From Deltaproteobacteria bacterium GWA2_38_16 (GTDB taxonomy: Bacteria > Bdellovibrionota > JACOXK01 > 2-02-FULL-40-11), in the NCBI GenBank assembly GCA_001797335.1, contig MGPE01000009.1, positions 246 to 64,245 of the forward strand: a stretch of 64,000 nt of DNA. The letters run 5' to 3'. The stretch's first letter is position 1. The number at the start of each line of letters is the position of its first letter. This document shows, in pieces, positions 33,176-42,521 of the stretch. A program made the translations under genes and the position numbers. A model generated the notes under the pieces. The model had not been told where the DNA came from. It worked only from the letters and a program-made list of their open reading frames with translations, and did no database searches.

Positions 33176-34543
33176 CTAAAAGTTGTAAAACACGTTGGTT
33201 GAAACCGTAAATAAATTATAAGAAGTTGTAGCGGGCTCAGCTGTATTTCTAGCCACCGTAGTATTGAAAGATGCTCCCACCAAGTTATCAAATACCCTCA
33301 CCACCGTTAACCCATAATTTTGCCCAAAATCACGTCTGGCATTGGCATGATTAAAGAATTTCTTCAGTGCCAATTGGCTGGTTAAATTGACATTGGTTCT
33401 AAACCAAAAGGGGAAATTAGTATTGAGATGAAAGGCATGGGTATCTGAATCATAGTTTTTTCCTTCTGCACTAAAGTAAGCATAGTGGTATCCCCCATTC
33501 CAGTGCATTCCTAAGGCATGTACCCCTTCACTTAATCCCCCACTGTATTTAAACCCATCTCTGGAATTAGGTCCTCGGCCTTCTTTATAGTCTTCATAAT
33601 CATAAATGGCATCAATCGTTGTATCCCATCTGGAAGAACAGATAAATTGGATAGAAGGACTAAAAGTATATGCATTTGAAATTTGATCAAAAAATCCTTT
33701 ATTTACGGTACCCGTATTATTAGAAACTGTTTCAACCCCAGAAAAAGCAACATCGTACCCCAAAGGCAAAGAAAGATAGAAAGGGGTATTTTTCCAGGTT
33801 CCTGGAATTTTAACCGCGGAAGCTATTTTATATTTATACGTATCATAGGCTCTGTGATCTGACGTTAGGTTAAAGTTACTAAATAAAGTATTGCTAAAAG
33901 TAAAAACCGATCGATTTCCCAAAAAAGTGGCGTAATTAGGTTCTAATAAAATGTTTACAGCATGACCTTGCTGTTCCCTAACATTAGTATCATTCACAGC
34001 ACCACTGAGAGGATGAAGAGGAACGTTGTTACTAAACATATATCCTAAAGAACTAAACATAGAAAATTTCTTTTCTTTTAAATTTTTGGTCCGATTTAAG
34101 AAGAGTTTTGAAAGCTCTGTTATGCCGCTTTGAAATCCGACATCCGTAGCAACAGCTTTTTGAAGATGATCTTGGGCTAAAGCTTTATTCCTTTTGGCAT
34201 AATAACAAAGACCTGTATAATAATGAAGTTCTTGAGAAAGTTTCGTTTGACCATTTAAACTCTTCGATTTTTCAAAAGAGTCTAAGGCACTGTCCCATTG
34301 ACCCATTTGATAAAACCCCAATCCTTTATGAAAATAGGCTTTGGCTTGGGCATCTTTATCTGTAAATTTTTTGGCTGCTTTTCCATAGTAACCAGCAGCA
34401 TCATCAAATTTTCCAGCTTGCCAAGCTTCATCTCCTTTTTTCATGAATTCATCGCCGGTTATTTCCTTTGAGGCCGCTAACGCGGTGGACATTGAAAAAG
34501 CCATTAAAAACAAAATAACAAAATAAGATAAAGTTTTATTCAT
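33176..34543 (-). CDS. Secreted TPR-repeat protein fused to a putative C-terminal outer-membrane beta-barrel. Candidate polysaccharide export or scaffold component.
   Basis: Signal peptide. TPR-like helices (WQAGKFDDAAGYYGKAAKKF..., YYTGLCYYAKRNKALAQDHLQKA). Aromatic/Gly-rich C-terminal half ending ...NVFYNF. Confidence 0.55.
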   Translation of the reverse strand: MNKTLSYFVILFLMAFSMSTALAASKEITGDEFMKKGDEAWQAGKFDDAAGYYGKAAKKFTDKDAQAKAYFHKGLGFYQMGQWDSALDSFEKSKSLNGQTKLSQELHYYTGLCYYAKRNKALAQDHLQKAVATDVGFQSGITELSKLFLNRTKNLKEKKFSMFSSLGYMFSNNVPLHPLSGAVNDTNVREQQGHAVNILLEPNYATFLGNRSVFTFSNTLFSNFNLTSDHRAYDTYKYKIASAVKIPGTWKNTPFYLSLPLGYDVAFSGVETVSNNTGTVNKGFFDQISNAYTFSPSIQFICSSRWDTTIDAIYDYEDYKEGRGPNSRDGFKYSGGLSEGVHALGMHWNGGYHYAYFSAEGKNYDSDTHAFHLNTNFPFWFRTNVNLTSQLALKKFFNHANARRDFGQNYGLTVVRVFDNLVGASFNTTVARNTAEPATTSYNLFTVSTNVFYNF

Positions 34544-34563
34544 AAGATTAGCCCCCTTATTAT

Positions 34564-34588
34564 GGATTCCCGCCTTCGCGGGAATGAC
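34564..34588 (+). repeat. REP-like hairpin, copy A: GGATTCCCGCCTTCGCGGGAATGAC.
   Basis: Stem TCCCGC/GCGGGA with CTTC loop. Family consensus. Confidence 0.6.
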
Positions 34589-34681
34589 CTGTACGAAAGA
34601 GTGTAAAGGATTTTGGAAAACAAAGTCAACAATAATTGAACAATAATTTGCAAAAAACGTAATGATATTATAGTTTTTTCT

Positions 34682-34707
34682 GGATCCCCGCTCTTGGCGG
34701 GGATGAC
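34682..34707 (+). repeat. REP-like hairpin, copy B: GGATCCCCGCTCTTGGCGGGGATGAC. It directly abuts the ATG of the gene at 34708.
   Basis: Stem CCCCGC/GCGGGG. Ends 1 nt before the start codon. Confidence 0.6.
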
Positions 34708-35520
34708 ATGAAAAAATATTCTCTATTTCTGATCTACTTCATCCTTTTTAATACCGCCCTGGCCGAAGATCGCTGGTCGTATACTTTTTTACCCAATAAA
34801 GGGCGGCTTTTCCCAGGGCTTGTCTCAGACCCCTGGGAAACACAGTGGGCTCTTATTGCATTGAATCGCTACCGACAACATGGAAAGATTGGAGTGGTTG
34901 TTCCCCTCTATAGGGCCCGGAGTGACAAGAAAATAGTACAAATAGGAGTGGATCTTTTAAGTTTTAACCAAACCCGCTATAGAATCCAAGAAGGAGGTGG
35001 ATTTTCTTTAGAAACAACCGATACTAAATTTGGAATCCACACAGAGTATCAAAAAACCCCATGGAATGGGAGAATTGGTCTAGAACATATCAGTGCACAT
35101 CTGGCTGATGGGCTTTTGTGGCCAACCGTTAAAAAAACCAAACAATATTATAGTAGAGAATTTATACAGCTAAATATTTCTTATGATTTTTTGTGGATAC
35201 GTCCCTATTTTGGATTCTTTCAAGCCTTTCACCAAAACTATCCCCCCGATGAAAAACTCTCTACCACCTTTCAGGTGGGGGGAGAACTTTTTTGGCCCTT
35301 ATCCAAAAAAATTTCTTACTTTATTGCACCTGATTGGAAAGCTGGCACAGAATATGATTTTTTTATAAATCAAAGTTACTCTACCGGTTTTCGAATTCAG
35401 GGAGAATATCCCCAGCCTTTCCGGATTTTATTTAACTTTTATGACGGCTATGACCCTAGAGGTGAATTTGCCAATTCACGAACGCGTTTTTGGGGATTTG
35501 GGTTTCAATACTTTATTTAA
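34708..35520 (+). CDS. Secreted hypothetical protein, possibly an outer-membrane beta-barrel.
   Basis: Signal peptide MKKYSLFLIYFILFNTALA. Aromatic-rich sequence ending GFGFQYFI. Confidence 0.5.
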   Translation: MKKYSLFLIYFILFNTALAEDRWSYTFLPNKGRLFPGLVSDPWETQWALIALNRYRQHGKIGVVVPLYRARSDKKIVQIGVDLLSFNQTRYRIQEGGGFSLETTDTKFGIHTEYQKTPWNGRIGLEHISAHLADGLLWPTVKKTKQYYSREFIQLNISYDFLWIRPYFGFFQAFHQNYPPDEKLSTTFQVGGELFWPLSKKISYFIAPDWKAGTEYDFFINQSYSTGFRIQGEYPQPFRILFNFYDGYDPRGEFANSRTRFWGFGFQYFI

Positions 35521-36519
35521 CTGAGTTTGAATATCATCTGTATATAAAACCAAAGGATCAATTTCTAGCGCCTTCTTAAAAAATTCTTGCGCCTTTGCAT
35601 CATTTTTTAAAGCCTTATAATTTTTGCCTAAATAATAATACACTTCTGCTAAATCCACATGAATTCCAGAAGGAGATTTCTCTAAAGCAGAAGTTAAAGT
35701 TAAAATAGAATCTTCAAATTTTTCTTCTTTATATAAAAACATCCCTTTTAAATGAGGCAAATAAAAATCTAACCAAATTTGTTTTTCTTCAGGTTTATCA
35801 GAATCTTCAACAATACGTTTAGCTTTATCCAAAAGTCTTAAGACTTCTCCATTATTTTTGTCACTATATAAATATAAATAAGCCAATTCTATAAAGGCTT
35901 GTTCATCATCTGGATTATTCTTCATAATTTCTCGGTAACTCTCTTCGGCTTTTACAAATTGTTTTTGAGCCAGATCTTCTTTTTTTAATAGTTTATAGGC
36001 AATCCCAAGATAAAGCTCTACCGAAGGCTCAGCATCTTGAAATTCATCTGCTTTTTGAAAATGTTCTATGGCGTTTTGAAATTTCCCCTGCCAGAGATAT
36101 GCCAATGCTGCATTCATATAGGACTTCCAGTAGTCAGGTTTTTCATTGATCAAAAGAAGCGCCAAATTTTGGGCATCTTTGTACCGTCCGGTAGCCAAAT
36201 AGCAATAATTTAAAGAAAGCTTTCTCCAAAACTGCATTTTTTGGGAATTTAAAAGTTCTCCCGTTTCAAATCCAATAATGGCATCTTCATATTTTCCATT
36301 TAAGTAGGATTGATAGGCATTATCATAGAGATTATCCACTGTTTTTTCTAAAGTAAGTGTTTGAGAAATTTCTTTCACCACCACATCTTCTTCCTCTAAC
36401 CCTTTTTGGCCATTTTCACCATTTTCAGAAGAAGGAAGAGCTTCTGGTTCAGGTTTAGAAACGGTGGCGCAACTAACTGCGAGGAAACACACAAAAAAAA
36501 CTTGTAAAATCAACGACAT
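35476..36519 (-). CDS. TPR-repeat lipoprotein. The start is probably the Met giving MSLILQVFFVCFLAVSC; the ORF track extends further upstream.
   Basis: Lipobox LAVSC. Multiple TPR motifs (AIIGFETGELL, ALAYLWQGKFQNAIEHFQKA, ...ALKNDAKAQEFFKKALEIDP). Confidence 0.7.
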   Translation of the reverse strand: MSLILQVFFVCFLAVSCATVSKPEPEALPSSENGENGQKGLEEEDVVVKEISQTLTLEKTVDNLYDNAYQSYLNGKYEDAIIGFETGELLNSQKMQFWRKLSLNYCYLATGRYKDAQNLALLLINEKPDYWKSYMNAALAYLWQGKFQNAIEHFQKADEFQDAEPSVELYLGIAYKLLKKEDLAQKQFVKAEESYREIMKNNPDDEQAFIELAYLYLYSDKNNGEVLRLLDKAKRIVEDSDKPEEKQIWLDFYLPHLKGMFLYKEEKFEDSILTLTSALEKSPSGIHVDLAEVYYYLGKNYKALKNDAKAQEFFKKALEIDPLVLYTDDIQTQLNKVLKPKSPKTRS

Positions 36520-36545
36520 TGATAAAGACTGTAGCAAATAAAAAC

Positions 36546-37478
36546 ATGATTGTCTACCGGACATCAAAAGATTTTCCAAAAACATTACCAAAACCCATTG
36601 TGGCTATTGGAAATTTTGATGGCGTGCACCTAGGACATAAAGAAATTTTTAGTGACGTTGTTAAAAAAGCATCGATGATTCAAGGCACTTCTGTTGTTTA
36701 TACTCTTTACCCCCATCCCTCTTGTATTATTCATCCAGAAACCTGCGAACCACAAATTAATTCTATCGAAGAACGCCTGACCCTTATTGAAAATCAAGGG
36801 ATTGATATAACGGTAGTTGAAAATTTTAATCGGGAATTTTCAGAAAAAACAGCCCAAGATTTTTTTAAAGAAATTATTTTAACTCACTTAAAAACAAAAA
36901 TTCTCTATGTAGGATATAATTTTTTCTTTGGGAAAGGAAGAAGCGGCAATACAGAGCTTTTAAAAAAATGGTGTGATAAAGAAAATATTGAACTCCATAT
37001 TACCTCCCCTTTTAAAATCGAAGAAGAAGTGGTGAGTTCTTCCAAAATTAGAATGTTCATTAAAGAAGGTGAAGTCAAAAAAGCCCAAGAGTTTTTAGGC
37101 CGCCATTATTTTATTCAAGGAGTTACTGTAAAAGGAGAAGGGCGGGGGAAAAAATTAGGAATTCCCACCGCTAACATTGAAACTCATGCAGAGCTCATTC
37201 CTAAAATTGGGGTTTATATAACGCTTACAGAATATAAAAATATTCTTTACCCCAGTGTGACAAACGTCGGCCATGCACCGACCTTTTTGGAAAAAAGTCC
37301 CTTTTCCATTGAAACCCACATGATGGATTTTCATCACACACTTTATGGAGAATCCTTGATTATTCATTTTGTCGATTGGATCCGTCCGATTAAAAAATTT
37401 GATTCTCCCAAGCATTTAGTAGCGCAAATAAAATGTGATATTGAAACCGCTCAAAAACATTTTAAAAAAATTTCATGA
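36546..37478 (+). CDS. ribF: Bifunctional riboflavin kinase / FMN adenylyltransferase RibF.
   Basis: AIGNFDGVHLGHKEIF nucleotidyltransferase motif and C-terminal riboflavin kinase domain (GEGRGKKLGIPTANI). Start chosen at MIVYRT; the ORF track extends to 36519. Confidence 0.9.
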   Translation: MIVYRTSKDFPKTLPKPIVAIGNFDGVHLGHKEIFSDVVKKASMIQGTSVVYTLYPHPSCIIHPETCEPQINSIEERLTLIENQGIDITVVENFNREFSEKTAQDFFKEIILTHLKTKILYVGYNFFFGKGRSGNTELLKKWCDKENIELHITSPFKIEEEVVSSSKIRMFIKEGEVKKAQEFLGRHYFIQGVTVKGEGRGKKLGIPTANIETHAELIPKIGVYITLTEYKNILYPSVTNVGHAPTFLEKSPFSIETHMMDFHHTLYGESLIIHFVDWIRPIKKFDSPKHLVAQIKCDIETAQKHFKKIS

Positions 37479-38605
37479 ATAAAACTGTTTCCGTTGTCAT
37501 GCCTTGCCTAAACGAAGCCTCTACCGTTGGCCCGTGCGTTTCAAGTACTCGCGAGATTTTAAATAAACACCAACTCCAAGGAGAAATTATTGTCGTGGAT
37601 AATGGTTCCACGGATGACTCTGCTGTTATTGCACAAAAATGTGGAGCTTCTGTTATTTTTGAACCTATTCAAGGGTATGGCTCTGCCTATTTGAAAGGCT
37701 TACAGGCTATAAAAGGTGATTTTATTGTCATGGGAGATAGCGATGGCACCTATGATTTTCGTGAAATTCCAAAACTCATTGAACCTCTTTATAAAGGATA
37801 CGATATGGTCATTGGTTCTAGAACGAAGGGGAATATCCAACCCGGGGCCATGCCCTGGCTCCACAGATATTTGGGCACCCCTCTTCTTTCAAGGTTACTT
37901 AACTTTTTTTATAAATTGAACCTGTCCGATATTAATTCTGGAATGCGGGCCTTTACAAAATCTGCCTACCAAAAAATGTCTCTAACGTCATCTGGGATGG
38001 AATTTGCTTCAGAAATGCTCATTAAAGCAAGACACGTTCATTTAAAAATTGCAGAGGTTCCCATTGCTTATTCTGTTAGAAAAGGGAAATCAAAACTAAA
38101 TTCTTTTAGTGATGGATGGCGTCATTTAAGTCTCATCTTGGCCTATAGTTCCACCCGACGATTTATGCTTCCGGGATTTTTATGTTTAATGGGAGGAACC
38201 GCTATCTCTGGCCTATTGGCACTGGGGCCTCTTAAAATCGGCACTTTTAAATTTGACTACCATTATATGATGGCAGCAACACTCACTACTATTTTAAGTT
38301 TTCAAATATTGAGTTTTTTATTCCTAGCTAAAACTTTTTTGGCCAAGAAACATCAATCTTCCCAAGATGTTCTTTTTCATGTTATCCACCGCTTTATTTC
38401 TCTTCACGGAATAAAAAGCAGTATGATCAGTATAAGCGTAGGTTTTTTGCTGGGACTATCTATTATATATAGCTGGGTTCACACCCATTTTGGAGAACTC
38501 AATAAGGTACGAACAGGGTTACTCTGCTTTACTTTTTTAATTATGGGACTTCAGCTTTTATTTGCTACGCTCTTTCTAAAAATAATAGATTCTAGAGATA
38601 GTTGA
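37475..38605 (+). CDS. GT2 family glycosyltransferase with a C-terminal multi-TM domain. Polyprenyl-phosphate sugar transferase-like (ArnC/GtrB/DPM1-like).
   Basis: VSVVMPCLNE...VVDNGSTDDS...GDSDGTY (GT2 DxD region) followed by 4-5 TM helices. Confidence 0.8.
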   Translation: MNKTVSVVMPCLNEASTVGPCVSSTREILNKHQLQGEIIVVDNGSTDDSAVIAQKCGASVIFEPIQGYGSAYLKGLQAIKGDFIVMGDSDGTYDFREIPKLIEPLYKGYDMVIGSRTKGNIQPGAMPWLHRYLGTPLLSRLLNFFYKLNLSDINSGMRAFTKSAYQKMSLTSSGMEFASEMLIKARHVHLKIAEVPIAYSVRKGKSKLNSFSDGWRHLSLILAYSSTRRFMLPGFLCLMGGTAISGLLALGPLKIGTFKFDYHYMMAATLTTILSFQILSFLFLAKTFLAKKHQSSQDVLFHVIHRFISLHGIKSSMISISVGFLLGLSIIYSWVHTHFGELNKVRTGLLCFTFLIMGLQLLFATLFLKIIDSRDS

Positions 38606-38712
38606 CAAAAAGTGTCACCGCAGTTACCATTATAGATAAGTGATATCAGTACGTAAGTGGAAAATGTTAATGACAGAATAAAAAATATAGTAATTACAAG
38701 AAGTTAGAACAT

Positions 38713-40365
38713 ATGGGAATGCCGGAAAAGCGGGGGGAACTTCTCGCTAAAAACATTCAGTTAAAAAGTGTCTTACCTCAGCTCAAAGCTAAGGAAAATA
38801 CGCTATGGTTTATGTTTTTAAGGGCTGTGGTTAATACCCTTTTACTCACCATCACCCTTATCTACCAAATTAAAGATAGCTCCGTCATTCGCCCTCAGGA
38901 TCTTTTACCCATCTATTCCCTCATTGGTTTTACCTATTTCATTACCATCGCAGGCACTCTTCTTATGCCTAAAATAAAAGATCTCACTTACTTTATTTCG
39001 AGCCAAATTGCCTATGACGTTTTATTTATTACGGCCCTTATTTATATTACCGGCACCCAAGAAGCCGTCTTTACCTTTCTTTATCTTTTTACCATTGCCT
39101 TTTCTTCTATCTTGTATCTTAAAACTGGCTCTCTTTACACCGCCGCTTTTAGCAGCATTTGTTTTAGTACGCTTCTTATTTTAGATCCCATTGAAAATAG
39201 AGAAAAGCATTTGATGACCTTATTTTTTAATAATGTTGCTTTCTTTTTAGTGGCTCTGTTAAGCGGCTATCTTTCAGACCAATTTAAAACCTTTCGCATG
39301 AGACTTAAAGAAGAAGAAGAAAGTGTAAAAGAATTAGAAGATCTCAATAAAATCATTATTGACAATATGACCAGTGGCCTTTTAACCACGGACCTTCAAA
39401 ATAATATTATTTATTTTAATCAGGCAGCTGAAAAAATAACAGGCCTTCATTTTTCTACGATTTATAAAAAGAATATTTTTGATATTTTCCCTGATCTTAA
39501 AAAACACTGGATTAAAAAAGCCCCCTCTAAAAAAGAAGTTCCTGTGCGAAAAATTTTTCATTTCAAAAATGCTTCTACGATAGAACTGACGTTGGGCTTT
39601 GCACTTTCCGATTTAAAAGATGCTTATAATCAAAAGTGCGGGAATATCCTTATATTTGAAGATCTCACCAAAACCATTGAAATGGAACAACACGTACAAC
39701 GCACCGATAAATTAGCAGCTATTGGAAAATTAGCGGCTGGCATTGCCCACGAAATTAGAAACCCCCTGGCTTCGGTCAGTGGATCTATTGAAATGTTGAG
39801 CCGTGAAATTGAGGTAAAAGACGAAAATAAAAAACTCATGAATATTATTTTAAAAGAAACAGACCGGCTTAATTCTTTGGTTAACGAATTTTTAGACTAT
39901 GTGAGACCTTCTGAAAAAAAACAAACCCTCTTTAAAATTAATCACATTATTGAAGACACCCTGATGGCTTTTTCCATGGATAAGCAAGCTTCAAAACACA
40001 TTGAGATGAAATTTACTCCTGAAAATAAAAATCTAGAAATTAAAGGCGATAAAGAAAAAATAAAACAAATTTTTTGGAATTTATTCTTAAATGCAGCGCA
40101 AGCCATGCCAGAAGGTGGGAAAATCAATATTCGAAGTTATGCACAGGATGAACAGCTCTATATTGATATTGAAGACACCGGAGAAGGCATTGATGAAGAA
40201 AATATTAAAAAAATTTTTGATCCCTTTTTTACAACAAAGCCCAAAGGAACGGGGCTTGGACTTTCGATGGTTCATAAAATCATCGAAGCCCATCAAGGAA
40301 GAATCAGCGTTAATTCAAAAGTGGGCAAAGGAACCACGTTTACGTTGATTTTTCCATTAACTTAA
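38713..40365 (+). CDS. Sensor histidine kinase with an N-terminal polytopic membrane domain, PAS, HisKA and HATPase domains. PilS/NtrB-like.
   Basis: About 6 TM helices. H-box IAHEIRNPLASVSG. N, G1 and G2 boxes (DTGEGI, GTGLGLS). Confidence 0.85.
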   Translation: MGMPEKRGELLAKNIQLKSVLPQLKAKENTLWFMFLRAVVNTLLLTITLIYQIKDSSVIRPQDLLPIYSLIGFTYFITIAGTLLMPKIKDLTYFISSQIAYDVLFITALIYITGTQEAVFTFLYLFTIAFSSILYLKTGSLYTAAFSSICFSTLLILDPIENREKHLMTLFFNNVAFFLVALLSGYLSDQFKTFRMRLKEEEESVKELEDLNKIIIDNMTSGLLTTDLQNNIIYFNQAAEKITGLHFSTIYKKNIFDIFPDLKKHWIKKAPSKKEVPVRKIFHFKNASTIELTLGFALSDLKDAYNQKCGNILIFEDLTKTIEMEQHVQRTDKLAAIGKLAAGIAHEIRNPLASVSGSIEMLSREIEVKDENKKLMNIILKETDRLNSLVNEFLDYVRPSEKKQTLFKINHIIEDTLMAFSMDKQASKHIEMKFTPENKNLEIKGDKEKIKQIFWNLFLNAAQAMPEGGKINIRSYAQDEQLYIDIEDTGEGIDEENIKKIFDPFFTTKPKGTGLGLSMVHKIIEAHQGRISVNSKVGKGTTFTLIFPLT

Positions 40366-40381
40366 GAAGGAGGAACGTACC

Positions 40382-41773
40382 ATGGACGATCACAAACCTA
40401 AAATTCTCGTCGTAGATGATGAGGAAAGCTTAAGGGAATTTTTGGAAATTATGCTAAAACGAGAGGGCTATGACATTGCTACCGCCCCCGATGGAGATCA
40501 GGCCATTAAGCTTTTAACGAAAAAAAGCTTTGATATGGTCATTACTGATCTTCAAATGCCTAAAATTCACGGCATGCAGGTTTTAGCCAAAGCCAAAGAA
40601 ATTGACCCAGAACTCGTGGTTTTGGTTATTACGGCTTTTGGCTCCACAGAATCGGCTGTTGAAGCCATGAAACTAGGTGCTTATGACTACATCACCAAAC
40701 CTTTTAAAATAGATGAAATTAAACTCATCATTAAAAAGGCATTGGAAAAAAGGATCTTAGCCAGAGAAAATATTTTCTTAAAGAAAGAATTGGGTGCAAA
40801 GTTTAACTTTGGAAATTTGGTAGGAAGTGCCCAATCCATGCTTAAGATCTATGATTTAATCCAGCGGGTGTGTGAAACCAAAACCAATGTGCTCATTACC
40901 GGCGAAAGCGGAACCGGAAAAGAGCTCGTGGCTAAAGCCATTCATTATAATGGCCCTTTAAAAGATAAGCCCTTTGTAACGGTAAACTGTGGAGCCATTC
41001 CAGAAAACCTCATGGAAAGTGAAATGTTTGGGCATAAAAAAGGCTCCTTTACTGGCGCTATTTCCGATAAACTCGGCCTTTTTGAAGTAGCCAACAATGG
41101 AACTATTTTCTTAGATGAGATTGGAGAATTACCGCTTCATATTCAAGTAAAACTGCTTCGAGTTTTGCAAGATAAAACCTTTCGAAAAGTCGGAGGCACA
41201 GAAGACATTACGGTGAATGTCCGCATTATGGCAGCTACGAATAAAGAACTTGGACAGGAAGTATCTAAAGGCAATTTTAGAGAAGATCTCTACTATAGGC
41301 TCAATGTCATTCACATCCAACTTCCCCCGCTTCGCGAGAGGAAAGAAGATGTCTCTATTTTAGCTCAACACTTTTTAGAAAAGTTCAATAAGCAGCTTGG
41401 GAAAGACATTAAGAAAATTTCTAAAGAAGCCATGGATGCTCTGAGCCAGTACGATTATCCTGGAAATGTGAGAGAACTTGAGAATATTATTGAGCGAACG
41501 GTATCTTTGGAAAGAGGAGCGGCTATTTTGCCAGAAAGTTTGCCACCGGTTATTTTTCATCCGGGTGCATTGTTAAGCAGGCGAGCTTCTCATTCAGACT
41601 TATCGGTGACAACCGATGGAGTTAATCTAGAAGAAATTGTGGGAAATCTGGAGAAAGATCTTATTGAAAAAGCATTGAAAAAAGCCGGAGGGGTAAAGAA
41701 AAAAGCAGCTAAGCTTTTAGGCATTAGCTTTAGATCGATGCGATACCGACTTGAAAAATATGGAATGGAGTAA
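40382..41773 (+). CDS. Sigma-54-dependent response regulator, NtrC/PilR family (REC + AAA+ + HTH).
   Basis: REC with ILVVDDE and D-53 region. Walker A GESGTGKE. GSFTGA (GAFTGA-type) motif. ESELFGH-like MESEMFGH. C-terminal Fis-type HTH. Confidence 0.9.
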   Translation: MDDHKPKILVVDDEESLREFLEIMLKREGYDIATAPDGDQAIKLLTKKSFDMVITDLQMPKIHGMQVLAKAKEIDPELVVLVITAFGSTESAVEAMKLGAYDYITKPFKIDEIKLIIKKALEKRILARENIFLKKELGAKFNFGNLVGSAQSMLKIYDLIQRVCETKTNVLITGESGTGKELVAKAIHYNGPLKDKPFVTVNCGAIPENLMESEMFGHKKGSFTGAISDKLGLFEVANNGTIFLDEIGELPLHIQVKLLRVLQDKTFRKVGGTEDITVNVRIMAATNKELGQEVSKGNFREDLYYRLNVIHIQLPPLRERKEDVSILAQHFLEKFNKQLGKDIKKISKEAMDALSQYDYPGNVRELENIIERTVSLERGAAILPESLPPVIFHPGALLSRRASHSDLSVTTDGVNLEEIVGNLEKDLIEKALKKAGGVKKKAAKLLGISFRSMRYRLEKYGME

Positions 41774-42521
41774 TTTCTTCTATTTGATGTTTGGGGCACT
41801 CCTTGGAAGTTTTTTAAATGTTTGTATCGTTCGTCTTCCAAAAGAAGAATCCATTATTTGGCCTTCTTCTCATTGTAGACACTGTAACAAAACACTTCCG
41901 TGGTATGATCTCATCCCTATTTTAAGTTATCTCTATCTTTTGGGACGGTGCCAATTTTGTAAGGAAAAAATTTCTGTTGAATACCCCCTCATAGAACTCA
42001 TCACAGCTTTTCTTGCGCTTTGGGTATTTCATGAATTTGGATTTAGGACGCAGGGATTTGCATACCTTATTTTTGTCTCAGCACTTCTGGTTACAACTGT
42101 CATTGATATTCACTATCGTATTATTCCAGATTCTATCAGTATCGGAGGAACGATTTTAGGATTTCTCCTCTCCTTTCATTTTTTACAAATTTCTTATATA
42201 GACTCCAGTCTGGGTATTTTACTGGGAGGAGGCGTTTTATTTATTATTGCGTATCTATATCTCAAATTTACTGGACGAGAAGGTATGGGAGGAGGAGATA
42301 TTAAATTAGCCGCCATGATAGGTGCTTTTTTAGGATATAAATTTGTCTTTTTAGTGCTCTTTATTAGCTCAATTGCAGGATCTTTGGTGGGGATTGGCCT
42401 TATCCTTATACAAAGACAAGATTTAAAATCGGCGTTACCTTTTGGTCCTTTTTTAGCCGTAGGAGCTCTTTCTTCTCTTTTTTACGGAGAGCCACTCCTC
42501 TATTGGTTAGGATATTTTTAG
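41751..42521 (+). CDS. pilD: Prepilin peptidase (type IV leader peptidase / N-methyltransferase), PilD/A24 family.
   Basis: Cys tetrad CRHC...CQFC. Polytopic membrane region and acidic catalytic residues. Follows the PilSR-like pair. Confidence 0.8.
   Translation: MKNMEWSNFFYLMFGALLGSFLNVCIVRLPKEESIIWPSSHCRHCNKTLPWYDLIPILSYLYLLGRCQFCKEKISVEYPLIELITAFLALWVFHEFGFRTQGFAYLIFVSALLVTTVIDIHYRIIPDSISIGGTILGFLLSFHFLQISYIDSSLGILLGGGVLFIIAYLYLKFTGREGMGGGDIKLAAMIGAFLGYKFVFLVLFISSIAGSLVGIGLILIQRQDLKSALPFGPFLAVGALSSLFYGEPLLYWLGYF

Noticed and set aside
38600-38712. TTGACA and small palindrome TGACA-N5-TGTCA upstream of the sensor kinase gene.
   Set aside because: No convincing -10 at proper spacing. The palindrome is only 5 bp. 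Too weak to call a promoter or operator.
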